Both the position numbers and the translations under genes were made by a program. Source: Acidobacteriota bacterium (lineage in GTDB: Bacteria; Acidobacteriota; UBA6911; RPQK01; JADFOI01). Taken from it: a DNA stretch of 64,000 nt. Positions 1 to 8,317 of the stretch are shown in pieces (the first letter of the stretch is position 1; each line of letters starts with the position of its first letter). The notes under the pieces are model-generated. The model searched no databases, was not told the DNA's origin, and saw nothing but the letters and a program-made list of their open reading frames with translations. Location: positions 3,008,001-3,072,000 of the forward strand of contig OY760074.1 in assembly GCA_963663035.1 (NCBI GenBank), read 5' to 3'.

Positions 1-702
1 CAAGGCTGCGACGGTCCCATCGGGATCCCCGGGGGAAAAGAAAGCTAATTGGCTCTGGTTGGGCAGAAAAAGTTTGCGGTATTGAGTCTTTACGTCAGCG
101 AGAGACAAGTTTTTCAGTGTCTCAGTCGTGCCCTTTACAGAATGTGCATACGGGTTGGCTTGGAAGAGTTCCGCTAAGAAAACGTCTTGGGTGAGGCTCT
201 CCAGCTGGTTTGGCCTTTCTTCAAGTTCTTGAAGGACCCCGTTGCGAAGCTGCTGGAAGGTTTCTTCGCGAAATGCAGGTCGAACAACCATTTCAGCCAA
301 AAGATTCAAGACATCCACAAGATTCTCACTTGGAGCACTCCCCACGAAGAAGATGGCGTCCCACTCCACCCGAAGGTCTAACTCTGCCTCGAGTTCTCGT
401 AACTCGGTCTCAACCGCCAATCCATTGCTAGTCTCGCTTTGCTCCAAGATCATCCAACTCGTCAGGTAAGTGACCCCCCACTTTTCAATGGGATCAAATG
501 CCACTCCGTTCTTGATCATCAAGACGAAGGGAACTCGCTGGTCGTTACCGGTCAAGAGCAGAATCTCCATCCCATTCAACAGCGATTGCTTATGAAACTC
601 AGGCGGGATGATTGGGCGATAGTCCTCGGCCCTCAAGGAGTTTGGGGATATAATCACACAGGCAAGTGTGAAAAGCAGGAAAGCGGTGGCGCGTAAGGAC
701 AT
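1..702 (-). CDS. Secreted M16 (insulinase-like) peptidase homologue, non-catalytic type; partial, runs off the left edge
   Basis: Not in the ORF track. Manual translation from ATG 702 gives MSLRATAFLLFTLACVIISPNSLRA (signal-like), then LLNGMEILL...KNGVAFDP..KWGVTYLTSWM...LLAEMVVRPAF...ANPYAHSVKGT. This is an M16 pattern without HxxEH, open to position 1. Confidence 0.8.
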   Translation of the reverse strand, partial: MSLRATAFLLFTLACVIISPNSLRAEDYRPIIPPEFHKQSLLNGMEILLLTGNDQRVPFVLMIKNGVAFDPIEKWGVTYLTSWMILEQSETSNGLAVETELRELEAELDLRVEWDAIFFVGSAPSENLVDVLNLLAEMVVRPAFREETFQQLRNGVLQELEERPNQLESLTQDVFLAELFQANPYAHSVKGTTETLKNLSLADVKTQYRKLFLPNQSQLAFFSPGDPDGTVAAL

Positions 703-742
703 CTCGGGCCATTTTAGTCGAAACCAACCTGAGCCGGCAAAC

Positions 743-2014
743 ATGGCTTTTATCGAGGGAATTCAACGCCACCATCTCGAAAATGGCCTAACCATCCTCA
801 TTCGCGAAGACCATACTGTTCCTATTGTCTCCACCATGGTCTGGTATCGCGCTGGATCCCGCTTTGAAAGACCCGGTATTACCGGTATTTCTCACTTCCT
901 GGAACATATGATGTTCAAGGGCACCGGACGTTATCAAAAGGGAGAAATTGACTCCATCACAGCTTCTAACGGCGGCACCAACAATGCTTTTACATCCAAT
1001 GACTATACCGCCTACTATTTCACTTTTGCTTCTGATCGATGGTGGCCCGCCTTGGAAATCGAAGCAGATCGGATGCAAAATAATCAATTTGATCCTGACG
1101 AACTCGAGTTGGAAAGAAAAGTCATCGTTGAAGAACTAAAGATGGAGCGCGACAGCCCCTGGAGGGCTCTGCGTCAAGCAGTGGAAACGAACTCTTTTGA
1201 GAACCACCCTTACGGGTTTCCAGTGATCGGACACTATGAGGATCTTCTCTCCATCACTCGAGAACAGATGATCGAGTACTATCGTCACTTTTACGCTCCC
1301 AACAATGCCACCCTGGTCCTGGTGGGAGATTTCCATACAGAGCAAGTACTTCAACGGGTAAAGGAGCTTTTTGCAGATCTGCCCCAAGGGAAGGTACCGG
1401 AAACGACCAACATTCTGGAGCCTCCGCGAACCAGGCAAATCAGGGTGGAAGTGAAAAAACCGGCCAGCATCCCCAGGATGCTGATCGCCTTTGCTGCACC
1501 CTCAGTCCGTCAGAAGGAGCATTACGCCCTGCACATTCTCGACAGAGTGTTGTCGGGAGGAAGACTTTCGCGGCTTTATAGCAGGTTGATTGAAAAGGAA
1601 CGGTTGGCCTCAGTGGTCAATACAGAGTTCTCAGAAACCTTCGATCCTTTCCTCTTCTTCATCGGTGTTGAATCCCATAAGGAGGCGGATCTGGACAAAG
1701 TGGAAAGCGTGATCTTTGAGGAAATAGCCGCTCTCACCCAGGAGCCAATTCCGGAGGCCGAGCTGACACGGGCAAAAAAGCAGTGTCTCACCCAGCTGTT
1801 TGCCAGTTTTGAAACTACCCTGGATCAAGCGATTCAACTCGGCCTGCTGGAAACTCTGCTCCGTTACCAATATTGGAATGGCTACATCCAGCAGATCGAG
1901 CAACTGACGGCTGAGGAAGTCAGGGATCTGGCGGCAAGCTACTGGAGTCCCGAACAAGCAACTGTGGGAGTCGTGTTGAATGGAGCAACTGAGCAGCAAA
2001 AGGGTTCACTTTAA
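743..2014 (+). CDS. M16B zinc peptidase, catalytic subunit
   Basis: HFLEH inverted zincin motif, NAFT, downstream Glu; start moved from 668 to ATG 743 because 668 overlaps the divergent gene. Confidence 0.9.
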   Translation: MAFIEGIQRHHLENGLTILIREDHTVPIVSTMVWYRAGSRFERPGITGISHFLEHMMFKGTGRYQKGEIDSITASNGGTNNAFTSNDYTAYYFTFASDRWWPALEIEADRMQNNQFDPDELELERKVIVEELKMERDSPWRALRQAVETNSFENHPYGFPVIGHYEDLLSITREQMIEYYRHFYAPNNATLVLVGDFHTEQVLQRVKELFADLPQGKVPETTNILEPPRTRQIRVEVKKPASIPRMLIAFAAPSVRQKEHYALHILDRVLSGGRLSRLYSRLIEKERLASVVNTEFSETFDPFLFFIGVESHKEADLDKVESVIFEEIAALTQEPIPEAELTRAKKQCLTQLFASFETTLDQAIQLGLLETLLRYQYWNGYIQQIEQLTAEEVRDLAASYWSPEQATVGVVLNGATEQQKGSL

Positions 2015-3287
2015 AAGGCATCAGCTGGACAACGGTCTTATCCTTCTGATTTCCGAGAACCATAAACTTCCGCTGGTTTCGATCAATGCGTTCGTTTTGG
2101 CGGGAATGGACCAGAATCCCCCAGATCGGCCCGGCATCGCCGCCCTCACGTCACGCCTACTCCCCGAAGGAACGCAGAGCTACGAAGCCCATGAAATTTA
2201 TGGAAGCATTGAGAACACCGGTGGGAACCTGACCACTTTCAGTGACCAGGACCTCAGCGGAATTTCTCTGAACACCTTTTCCCAAGAGCTGGGACTCGGC
2301 TTGGACCTGTTGCGAGAAATACTGGCTCGCCCGACCTTTCCAGAAGATCGCTTCCTCATGGAGAGGCAGAAGGTCGTGAGCCAACTCCAAGCGATGGGGG
2401 ATGATCCCCAGACCGTGGCCGCTAACCGCCTCAGACGCTTGATTTACCAGGGAAGTCCCTTACGGTATCCGGTCCTGGGAACTCAAGAGAGTGTCAGCGA
2501 CCTCGACTTCCATGAGCTCAGGCAGTTTCATCTTGAGAAATATTCTCCGCAAAATACCATTCTGGTGATTGTGGGTGCGGTTGATGAGGAGGATGTCTTG
2601 TCTCAAAGTGTGGAGCGTTTCTCAACTTGGCAAAACCCCCACTACAGTCGTTCGCAGATCTCCCCATTAGAGCGGCAAAACACTCCCATTAAGGATGAGT
2701 TTTTCATGGAGACGGAGCAGATTACGATTTTTCTGGGTCATCTTGGCGTGACTAGAGATAATCCCGACTACTACACTCTTCAGGTGATGGACACTATCCT
2801 GGGTAGTGGTCCCGGCTTCACGAGCAGGATTCCCAGGAGACTTCGAGACCAGGAAGGCCTTGCCTACAGTACTTACAGTAGCATCACCGACTCAAGTGGA
2901 ATTTATCCAGGTAGTTTTGTAGCCGTAATCAGTACCTCCCCTGAGAATCGCCAAAAGGCTCTCGATGGCCTGTCCTTTGAAATAGAGAACCTTCTCCTGA
3001 ATGGAGTTACCTCGGAAGAGCTGATTCAAGCCAAGAATTTTCTTACCGGGAGTCTCGTCTTTGAGTTCCAGTCCGATGCGGACGTTGCCCAGTTCTTATT
3101 GGAAACCGAACTCTTCAACCTGGGAGAGGATTACCCTGAGCAGTATTCACGCATCATTGGGGACATCGATTGCGAGGACGTCAACCGAGTTGCCCATAGA
3201 TATTTGGATACTGTAAACTACACCACTGTGGTTGTTGGACCATCCCAAAACGGACATGATTTGACCCATGAGCGACCGGCGTCATAA
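1980..3287 (+). CDS. M16B peptidase, non-catalytic partner subunit
   Basis: M16 fold pattern (LDNGL, PGIAALTSRLL instead of HxxEH, LRDQEGLAY R/Y motif); overlaps the upstream gene. Confidence 0.88.
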   Translation: MEQLSSKRVHFKRHQLDNGLILLISENHKLPLVSINAFVLAGMDQNPPDRPGIAALTSRLLPEGTQSYEAHEIYGSIENTGGNLTTFSDQDLSGISLNTFSQELGLGLDLLREILARPTFPEDRFLMERQKVVSQLQAMGDDPQTVAANRLRRLIYQGSPLRYPVLGTQESVSDLDFHELRQFHLEKYSPQNTILVIVGAVDEEDVLSQSVERFSTWQNPHYSRSQISPLERQNTPIKDEFFMETEQITIFLGHLGVTRDNPDYYTLQVMDTILGSGPGFTSRIPRRLRDQEGLAYSTYSSITDSSGIYPGSFVAVISTSPENRQKALDGLSFEIENLLLNGVTSEELIQAKNFLTGSLVFEFQSDADVAQFLLETELFNLGEDYPEQYSRIIGDIDCEDVNRVAHRYLDTVNYTTVVVGPSQNGHDLTHERPAS

Positions 3288-3318
3288 AGGGGTCAAACAA
3301 GACACAATCAGACTTGTT

Positions 3319-4107
3319 ATGCGTCAATTGCTGGTCGCTGTGTGCCTTTTGGCTCCTTTGCTAAGCCTGAGTTGCGGGGGACGACCTCGACTTCCCCTAC
3401 CACCGCAGGAGCCTACCTCGATACCTCCGGTTTCCACAGCTCCCGGCGATCCTTCAGAGACACCAGCAGGTCCCGCCCCCGAGTTAGAGGTGATGATCGT
3501 CCCCCCCTTGATCCGGGAAGGAGAGTCGGCCATGCTCATCTGGGAGGCTCTCAATGCAGACAGGGTGATCATCACTCCCCAAATCGGTTCAGTGCCGATC
3601 TCGGGAAGGGTCAGACTCTTCCCAGATGAGACCACCAGCTACGAGGTGTCTGCAGAAGGTGCTGGCGGAAGCGTTGCAAAGACCGTCATCATTGAGGTTG
3701 CGAAGGATGAAGCAGCGCTGATTTCGGTGGAGGATTTGAGAGACAGACCCTTGGAGGAGCAGTTCGAATACTTTGTGAAACCGGTCTTCTTTCACTACGA
3801 CGCTTCGGACCTCAGCGAAGAAGCCAATCTGACGTTGGAAGGGAACGTTGGCTGGTTGACAAGACCCGAGAACCTCAGTGTTCGCCTTCTCATCGAGGGC
3901 CATTGCGACCAACGCGGTACAGAAGAATATAACCTGGCCCTGGGGGATAGGAGGGCGCAGACAGTTCTGGGCTACCTGGTCGAACACGGGGTCGACCCTT
4001 CACGTGTAATGGTCTTATCCCTAGGAGAAGAGCGCTCTTTCGATCAGCGTCAAACAGAAGAAGGCTGGGCACTCAATCGAAGAGCTCATTTCGTATTGAT
4101 TCAATAA
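3319..4107 (+). CDS. OmpA/Pal-family peptidoglycan-associated lipoprotein with Pro-rich linker and extra N-terminal beta domain
   Basis: Lipobox LSLSC; IEGHCDQRGTEEYNLALGDRRA and NRRAHF Pal motifs; alternative start 3268. Confidence 0.85.
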   Translation: MRQLLVAVCLLAPLLSLSCGGRPRLPLPPQEPTSIPPVSTAPGDPSETPAGPAPELEVMIVPPLIREGESAMLIWEALNADRVIITPQIGSVPISGRVRLFPDETTSYEVSAEGAGGSVAKTVIIEVAKDEAALISVEDLRDRPLEEQFEYFVKPVFFHYDASDLSEEANLTLEGNVGWLTRPENLSVRLLIEGHCDQRGTEEYNLALGDRRAQTVLGYLVEHGVDPSRVMVLSLGEERSFDQRQTEEGWALNRRAHFVLIQ

Positions 4108-4126
4108 GGGAGTTCCCCCCGCAGCC

Positions 4127-4648
4127 GTGTTCGAAGCCGACACAAAACCTCGATCCCCGAATTTTTGGAAAATTATCCTCGTATCGGTCGTTTTGTTTGT
4201 CAGCCTAATAGGTTTTCTGCTGTTCCTTTTGCAGCAGGGAACTCAGGAAGCGGCTCCTCTCAGCGGGATTTTTCATGGCGGGGATCCCTATTTTGAATGG
4301 TATGACAAGTACATCGAGCTGACGAATCCCCAGGTCAAAATGAGCTCGAGCTTTTCTGGCAACCGTCTTGTGCTTATTTCAGGCGTCATCGAAAATAATG
4401 GCGAGAACACTCTGGACGTGGTTGAAGTGGAGCTGACTCTCTACAATTACATTGAACCCATCGCCAAGATCACTCGAACTCCCATCCGTCCGGGGCCAGG
4501 CAGTCGCACACCCCCCCTGAGAACATTTGAGAAACGTGGGTTTACACTCTTCGTTGAAGAGATCCCCGAGGGTTGGTTGGCTCAGCACGCGGAAATCGCC
4601 ATCCATGGGTTCCGCTTCCTCGAGGACACGAATCAAACAAGGGAGTAA
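4127..4648 (+). CDS. Single-pass membrane protein with an FxLYD-like extracytoplasmic domain
   Basis: N-terminal TM helix; ISGVIENNGE...VELTLYN pattern. Confidence 0.55.
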   Translation: MFEADTKPRSPNFWKIILVSVVLFVSLIGFLLFLLQQGTQEAAPLSGIFHGGDPYFEWYDKYIELTNPQVKMSSSFSGNRLVLISGVIENNGENTLDVVEVELTLYNYIEPIAKITRTPIRPGPGSRTPPLRTFEKRGFTLFVEEIPEGWLAQHAEIAIHGFRFLEDTNQTRE

Positions 4649-5739
4649 ACAACCTCCTGGCCCAACTCTACTTCACCGGGAACGCGTTGGAACACTTTCA
4701 TCCAAACGTCCGGCCTTTCCATGCAGGCATAAACGGGAATGGTCGGATGCTTTTCTCGAATCCAACCTAGCACTCTTCGGTACATGAGCACTCGAATGGG
4801 CTTGAAGTAACGCATTTTGCCATCTTCGCTGGGCACCAACTCCCCAAGAGGCAAGGGACTGCTTGGAAAACGCTCCCGCATAATCTCCTTCAACTGCCTG
4901 GTTAAACGCAGGGAACCAATTGAGATCCAAGCCATCGAAGCGGCCGGGATTGTTTCAAAGAGCTCTTCAATCAGATCTTTATAGTCAGCTTCCCAGCTCG
5001 CATAGAAGATCATGGGATCCAGATGAAAGGCGACCGGGTATCCAGCCTGAACACAACGTTTTGCTGCCTGAAGGCGGTCCCTGATGGTGGCTGTCTTGTG
5101 CTCTTCCCTTTCCTGAATAAACTGGGGATTGATGGACCAGGAAACAACTGTCCTGCCCTCATGTTCCAAATCCAAAAGGTTTTCAACACAGTCGGACTTC
5201 GTCTTGAATTCCAGGATGGCATTTTTCTGTCCCGCGAAGAATTGGACCAACGGGATACTGTATGAGGTCAGAGGATCCAGTGCCAGGCTGTCGGCCAATT
5301 CTCCCGTACCAATCCGAAAGAAATGATGAGGATTTTCGGAGAAAGTCCTCTGCAACTCCGACAGCAGATCGTCCGAGTTGGCATAAACGGTCATAAAGGG
5401 AAAGTTCAGATGCGACTGCAGATAACAGTAGCTGCATTCCATATGGCAGTTACTGGCGAAGTTGATCACAAAGTAGTTGCAACAAACGTTTTTGATGCCT
5501 TCTTGCGCCCGGATGCCCGGACAAGCTTTGAAAAAGTGTCCTTTATGCTGCGCCAGAACCAACCATTTCTTGGTCCGGGGAATGGTTGGATTCCATCGCT
5601 GAGACTCTTCCAGCAGAGACTCCCTGGACTCGATCTTCTCTGTGGGGACCTCCGGCAGTCGCTCCAGCACATTCCGGGTGATCAGTGAATCCTCGACACA
5701 GCGTTCCACAAAAATCTTTTCTGGTTTGTACTCCTTCAT
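4633..5739 (-). CDS. Spore photoproduct lyase (SplB)-family radical SAM protein
   Basis: NCHMECSYCYLQ (CxxxCxxC), GTGELADSLALDPLT, EFKTKS, SWSINP, GYPVAFHLDP, DGKMRY, YACME. Confidence 0.85.
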   Translation of the reverse strand: MKEYKPEKIFVERCVEDSLITRNVLERLPEVPTEKIESRESLLEESQRWNPTIPRTKKWLVLAQHKGHFFKACPGIRAQEGIKNVCCNYFVINFASNCHMECSYCYLQSHLNFPFMTVYANSDDLLSELQRTFSENPHHFFRIGTGELADSLALDPLTSYSIPLVQFFAGQKNAILEFKTKSDCVENLLDLEHEGRTVVSWSINPQFIQEREEHKTATIRDRLQAAKRCVQAGYPVAFHLDPMIFYASWEADYKDLIEELFETIPAASMAWISIGSLRLTRQLKEIMRERFPSSPLPLGELVPSEDGKMRYFKPIRVLMYRRVLGWIREKHPTIPVYACMERPDVWMKVFQRVPGEVELGQEVVYSLV

Positions 5740-5754
5740 ATCGACAGCCGTAGT

Positions 5755-6762
5755 CTACAACAATTCCAAGATCTGTCTCACTTCATCGGTTTTCGCTATC
5801 TCGTCCAGTTTCCTCGCCCCTTCAAACAGTTCCTCAGTACTCTGAAAGGAGAGCAAGACATCAATTCGCTTACCCTCGAAGTAGCGGGGAGCGCGAAACT
5901 GGATTTGCGGGGGGAGTTTAAGAGCAGCTTTGAGCTTCTCATACTCCTGTTCACATGCCGAAAGCCGGGGAAATCGCAGTCGACGGAGCTTCTCAAACAC
6001 CTTGTCGAAGCCATCTGAAGAAGACAGGCGCTCATCCTGCTCAATTTCGGCTGCCCCACTTTCCTTCCAGAGCATCGATACCGAGCCCGTTGCAGGAGGC
6101 CCACCTGGAGTGGTTCCTGCCAAGGCCCGCAGTTCATCCAGCAGGTTGAACAGTTTCTTCTGCTTGTTTTTACCGAGCCGAAACTTCGAGGCGATGCTGT
6201 GGAAAAACTTCTGCTCATCAGTTTTCCACCTCGCCAGCTTCAGGACAACTTCTGGCTCCAGCGGATCGAGAATCGTACGCTGAAGTAACTCGGGCAGTCG
6301 AGCCAGATCTAGACACTGCTGGAGATGAAACCGATCTGCTGGAAGATTCAGCAGGGCCATAAAATCATCCAGCAAAGCCTGCTCGCTGAGTCCGAAGTGC
6401 TCCCGCAATCTCAAAAGGAGGTGAGCCTTCTCCAGTAAATGCAAGGGACGGGTGACACGATTGTCCTCCAGAGCCTGCACCAGGAGAGTGAGCTCATCCT
6501 CTTCCTCTCTGACAATACAGGGAATCTCTCGAATACCTAGCTTTCTGGCAGCTTCATATCTGCGGAAGCCAATAATGATTCTGAACTGTCCCAACTCTGT
6601 TCTTTGCACATGAAGAGGGGAAAGGATTCCAGTCTTCCGGACAGATCGCATGAGCTCATCAATAGGTAACCAAGGGAGAGAGATGGCATAAAACCGGTCC
6701 TGTGAGTCAATCTGGTCGGATTGAATCATTACAATTCTGTCAAGAAAGTTTTCAGTGCTCAC
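5755..6762 (-). CDS. ParB/Srx N-terminal domain protein
   Basis: LMRSVRKTGILSPLHV...IIIGFRRYEAARKLG...EDNR..RPL.LLEKA pattern. Confidence 0.75.
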   Translation of the reverse strand: MSTENFLDRIVMIQSDQIDSQDRFYAISLPWLPIDELMRSVRKTGILSPLHVQRTELGQFRIIIGFRRYEAARKLGIREIPCIVREEEDELTLLVQALEDNRVTRPLHLLEKAHLLLRLREHFGLSEQALLDDFMALLNLPADRFHLQQCLDLARLPELLQRTILDPLEPEVVLKLARWKTDEQKFFHSIASKFRLGKNKQKKLFNLLDELRALAGTTPGGPPATGSVSMLWKESGAAEIEQDERLSSSDGFDKVFEKLRRLRFPRLSACEQEYEKLKAALKLPPQIQFRAPRYFEGKRIDVLLSFQSTEELFEGARKLDEIAKTDEVRQILELL

Positions 6763-6990
6763 TTTATGCCTCGTTTCAGCAACCTTGTCGTTGAAAAATC
6801 ATCTCATCTATTACTAACACTATCTAATTCAAAACTGCTATATGCTTATGGCTGAAATTTTATTTACCTGGATGTTTGCTCGTGCTGACAAATTATGCTA
6901 CCGTCCCACAATTCTCAGTCTTTGTATGCGCCGGGCGCATCCATTGAACGGGGCATCCAAGGAATCCTTTGAAGGAGGACAAGTACCGAA

Positions 6991-7974
6991 ATGAGCGTCC
7001 GATCACTTTGGAAAAATGCTTTTGCAGCTTTTCTGGTCCTGGCTGTGTGCCAGATTGCGGTGGTGGCCCAGTACACCACTGAAGAATATGCAGCTTATGA
7101 AACTGCCATCAATGCCGACCTTGCCCAAAGAGAAGACACGATCATGGAGTTCATCACCACAAATCCAAGATCAACACTCGTCGAGTACGCGATTAGCAGT
7201 TATCTCCAGTTGATGCAGGAATATCAAAACCAAGGACAATCGCAAAACGTTTTCTCTGCCGGTGAGAAGCTTCTCTCGCTGAAACCGGATGAACTGAACA
7301 CACTTTACATGACGGCGATCGCTGCCTACCAGTTGCAGCAATTCACCCCAGCGACTGAATACGGTGAGAAGGTCTATGCCGAAAAACCCAGTGCTGGTCT
7401 TGCTTTTGTTCTGGCCAATTCCTACGGCCAGTTGAGAAATGAAGACAAGCAACTCCAGTACGGAGACACAGCGTGTTCAGAACTTGCCGCCAAGGATTGT
7501 TACCAGATCCTGAGCGCGATGGCCAAAATCTATGCCTCTCGCAAGGCGTGGGCTGAAGCCGCTCCCTATGCAGAGAAGGCGATTGAGGGCCTGGACGCAG
7601 CTGAAAGGCCCGCTCAGAGTCCAGAACAGGAGTGGAATACTTATCTGACTAAGGAAAAAGCCACTGCTTACACCATCGTCGGCCGAAAGGCCGCGGAAGG
7701 TAAAAACTGGACTACTGCAATTGGACACTACAGCAAAGTCTTGACACTATCCAACGATCCTGCGATGAAGGGCGAGGCCTACTTTTACACTGGAATGGGC
7801 CGCTGGGAGCAGCAGCAGCTGGAGCCAGCGATGGAAGCCTTTGCCCAGGGCTCCGTACAAAGAGGGGCGCCCCACGCCAAAAATTGCCGGCAATATCTGG
7901 AAACTCTGTACAAATCAGGCCATAACGACTCCTTGGCAGGCCTTGAAGAGTTTGTGGAGCGTGTGACCAACTAA
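6991..7974 (+). CDS. Secreted TPR-like alpha-helical repeat protein
   Basis: Signal peptide, helical repeats (AYTIVG, AYFYTG), GGAGG SD upstream. Confidence 0.7.
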   Translation: MSVRSLWKNAFAAFLVLAVCQIAVVAQYTTEEYAAYETAINADLAQREDTIMEFITTNPRSTLVEYAISSYLQLMQEYQNQGQSQNVFSAGEKLLSLKPDELNTLYMTAIAAYQLQQFTPATEYGEKVYAEKPSAGLAFVLANSYGQLRNEDKQLQYGDTACSELAAKDCYQILSAMAKIYASRKAWAEAAPYAEKAIEGLDAAERPAQSPEQEWNTYLTKEKATAYTIVGRKAAEGKNWTTAIGHYSKVLTLSNDPAMKGEAYFYTGMGRWEQQQLEPAMEAFAQGSVQRGAPHAKNCRQYLETLYKSGHNDSLAGLEEFVERVTN

Positions 7975-8080
7975 GCCCCGTCAGAAGAGACAGGAACAAC
8001 CGAAAGCCCCCCCCACAGGGCCCGCCAATGTGCCCTTTGCCCTTTCATGCTCTCGTGCTAAGGTGAGAGTTCTGGCTAAA

Positions 8081-8290
8081 AGCCGGGATTATGCATAGGT
8101 TCTCGTAACGAAGTGGCGCAAGCGCCGCGATGACAAGGCGTGCGAGGGGTACCCGCCACGGGTCGGGCCCCGCAGGCGTACTCTTGCAGTACGCCGAGGA
8201 GCCCAAGGGGTACCCGCTTGCGGGTCGCACAACGCAGTCAGCGTGGATGATTGCGGCACTGCAGTAGAGAATTTATGCATACTCCCGGCT
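8081..8290 (+). mobile_element. MITE-like element family AB (A-type ends), copy A1
   Basis: TIRs AGCCGGGATTATGCATA / TATGCATACTCCCGGCT; core GGGGTACCCGCTTGCGGGTCG..CAACGCAGTCAG shared with 7 other copies. Confidence 0.85.
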
Positions 8291-8317
8291 AAGACATACC
8301 CCGAGTCAAGGGCACTC

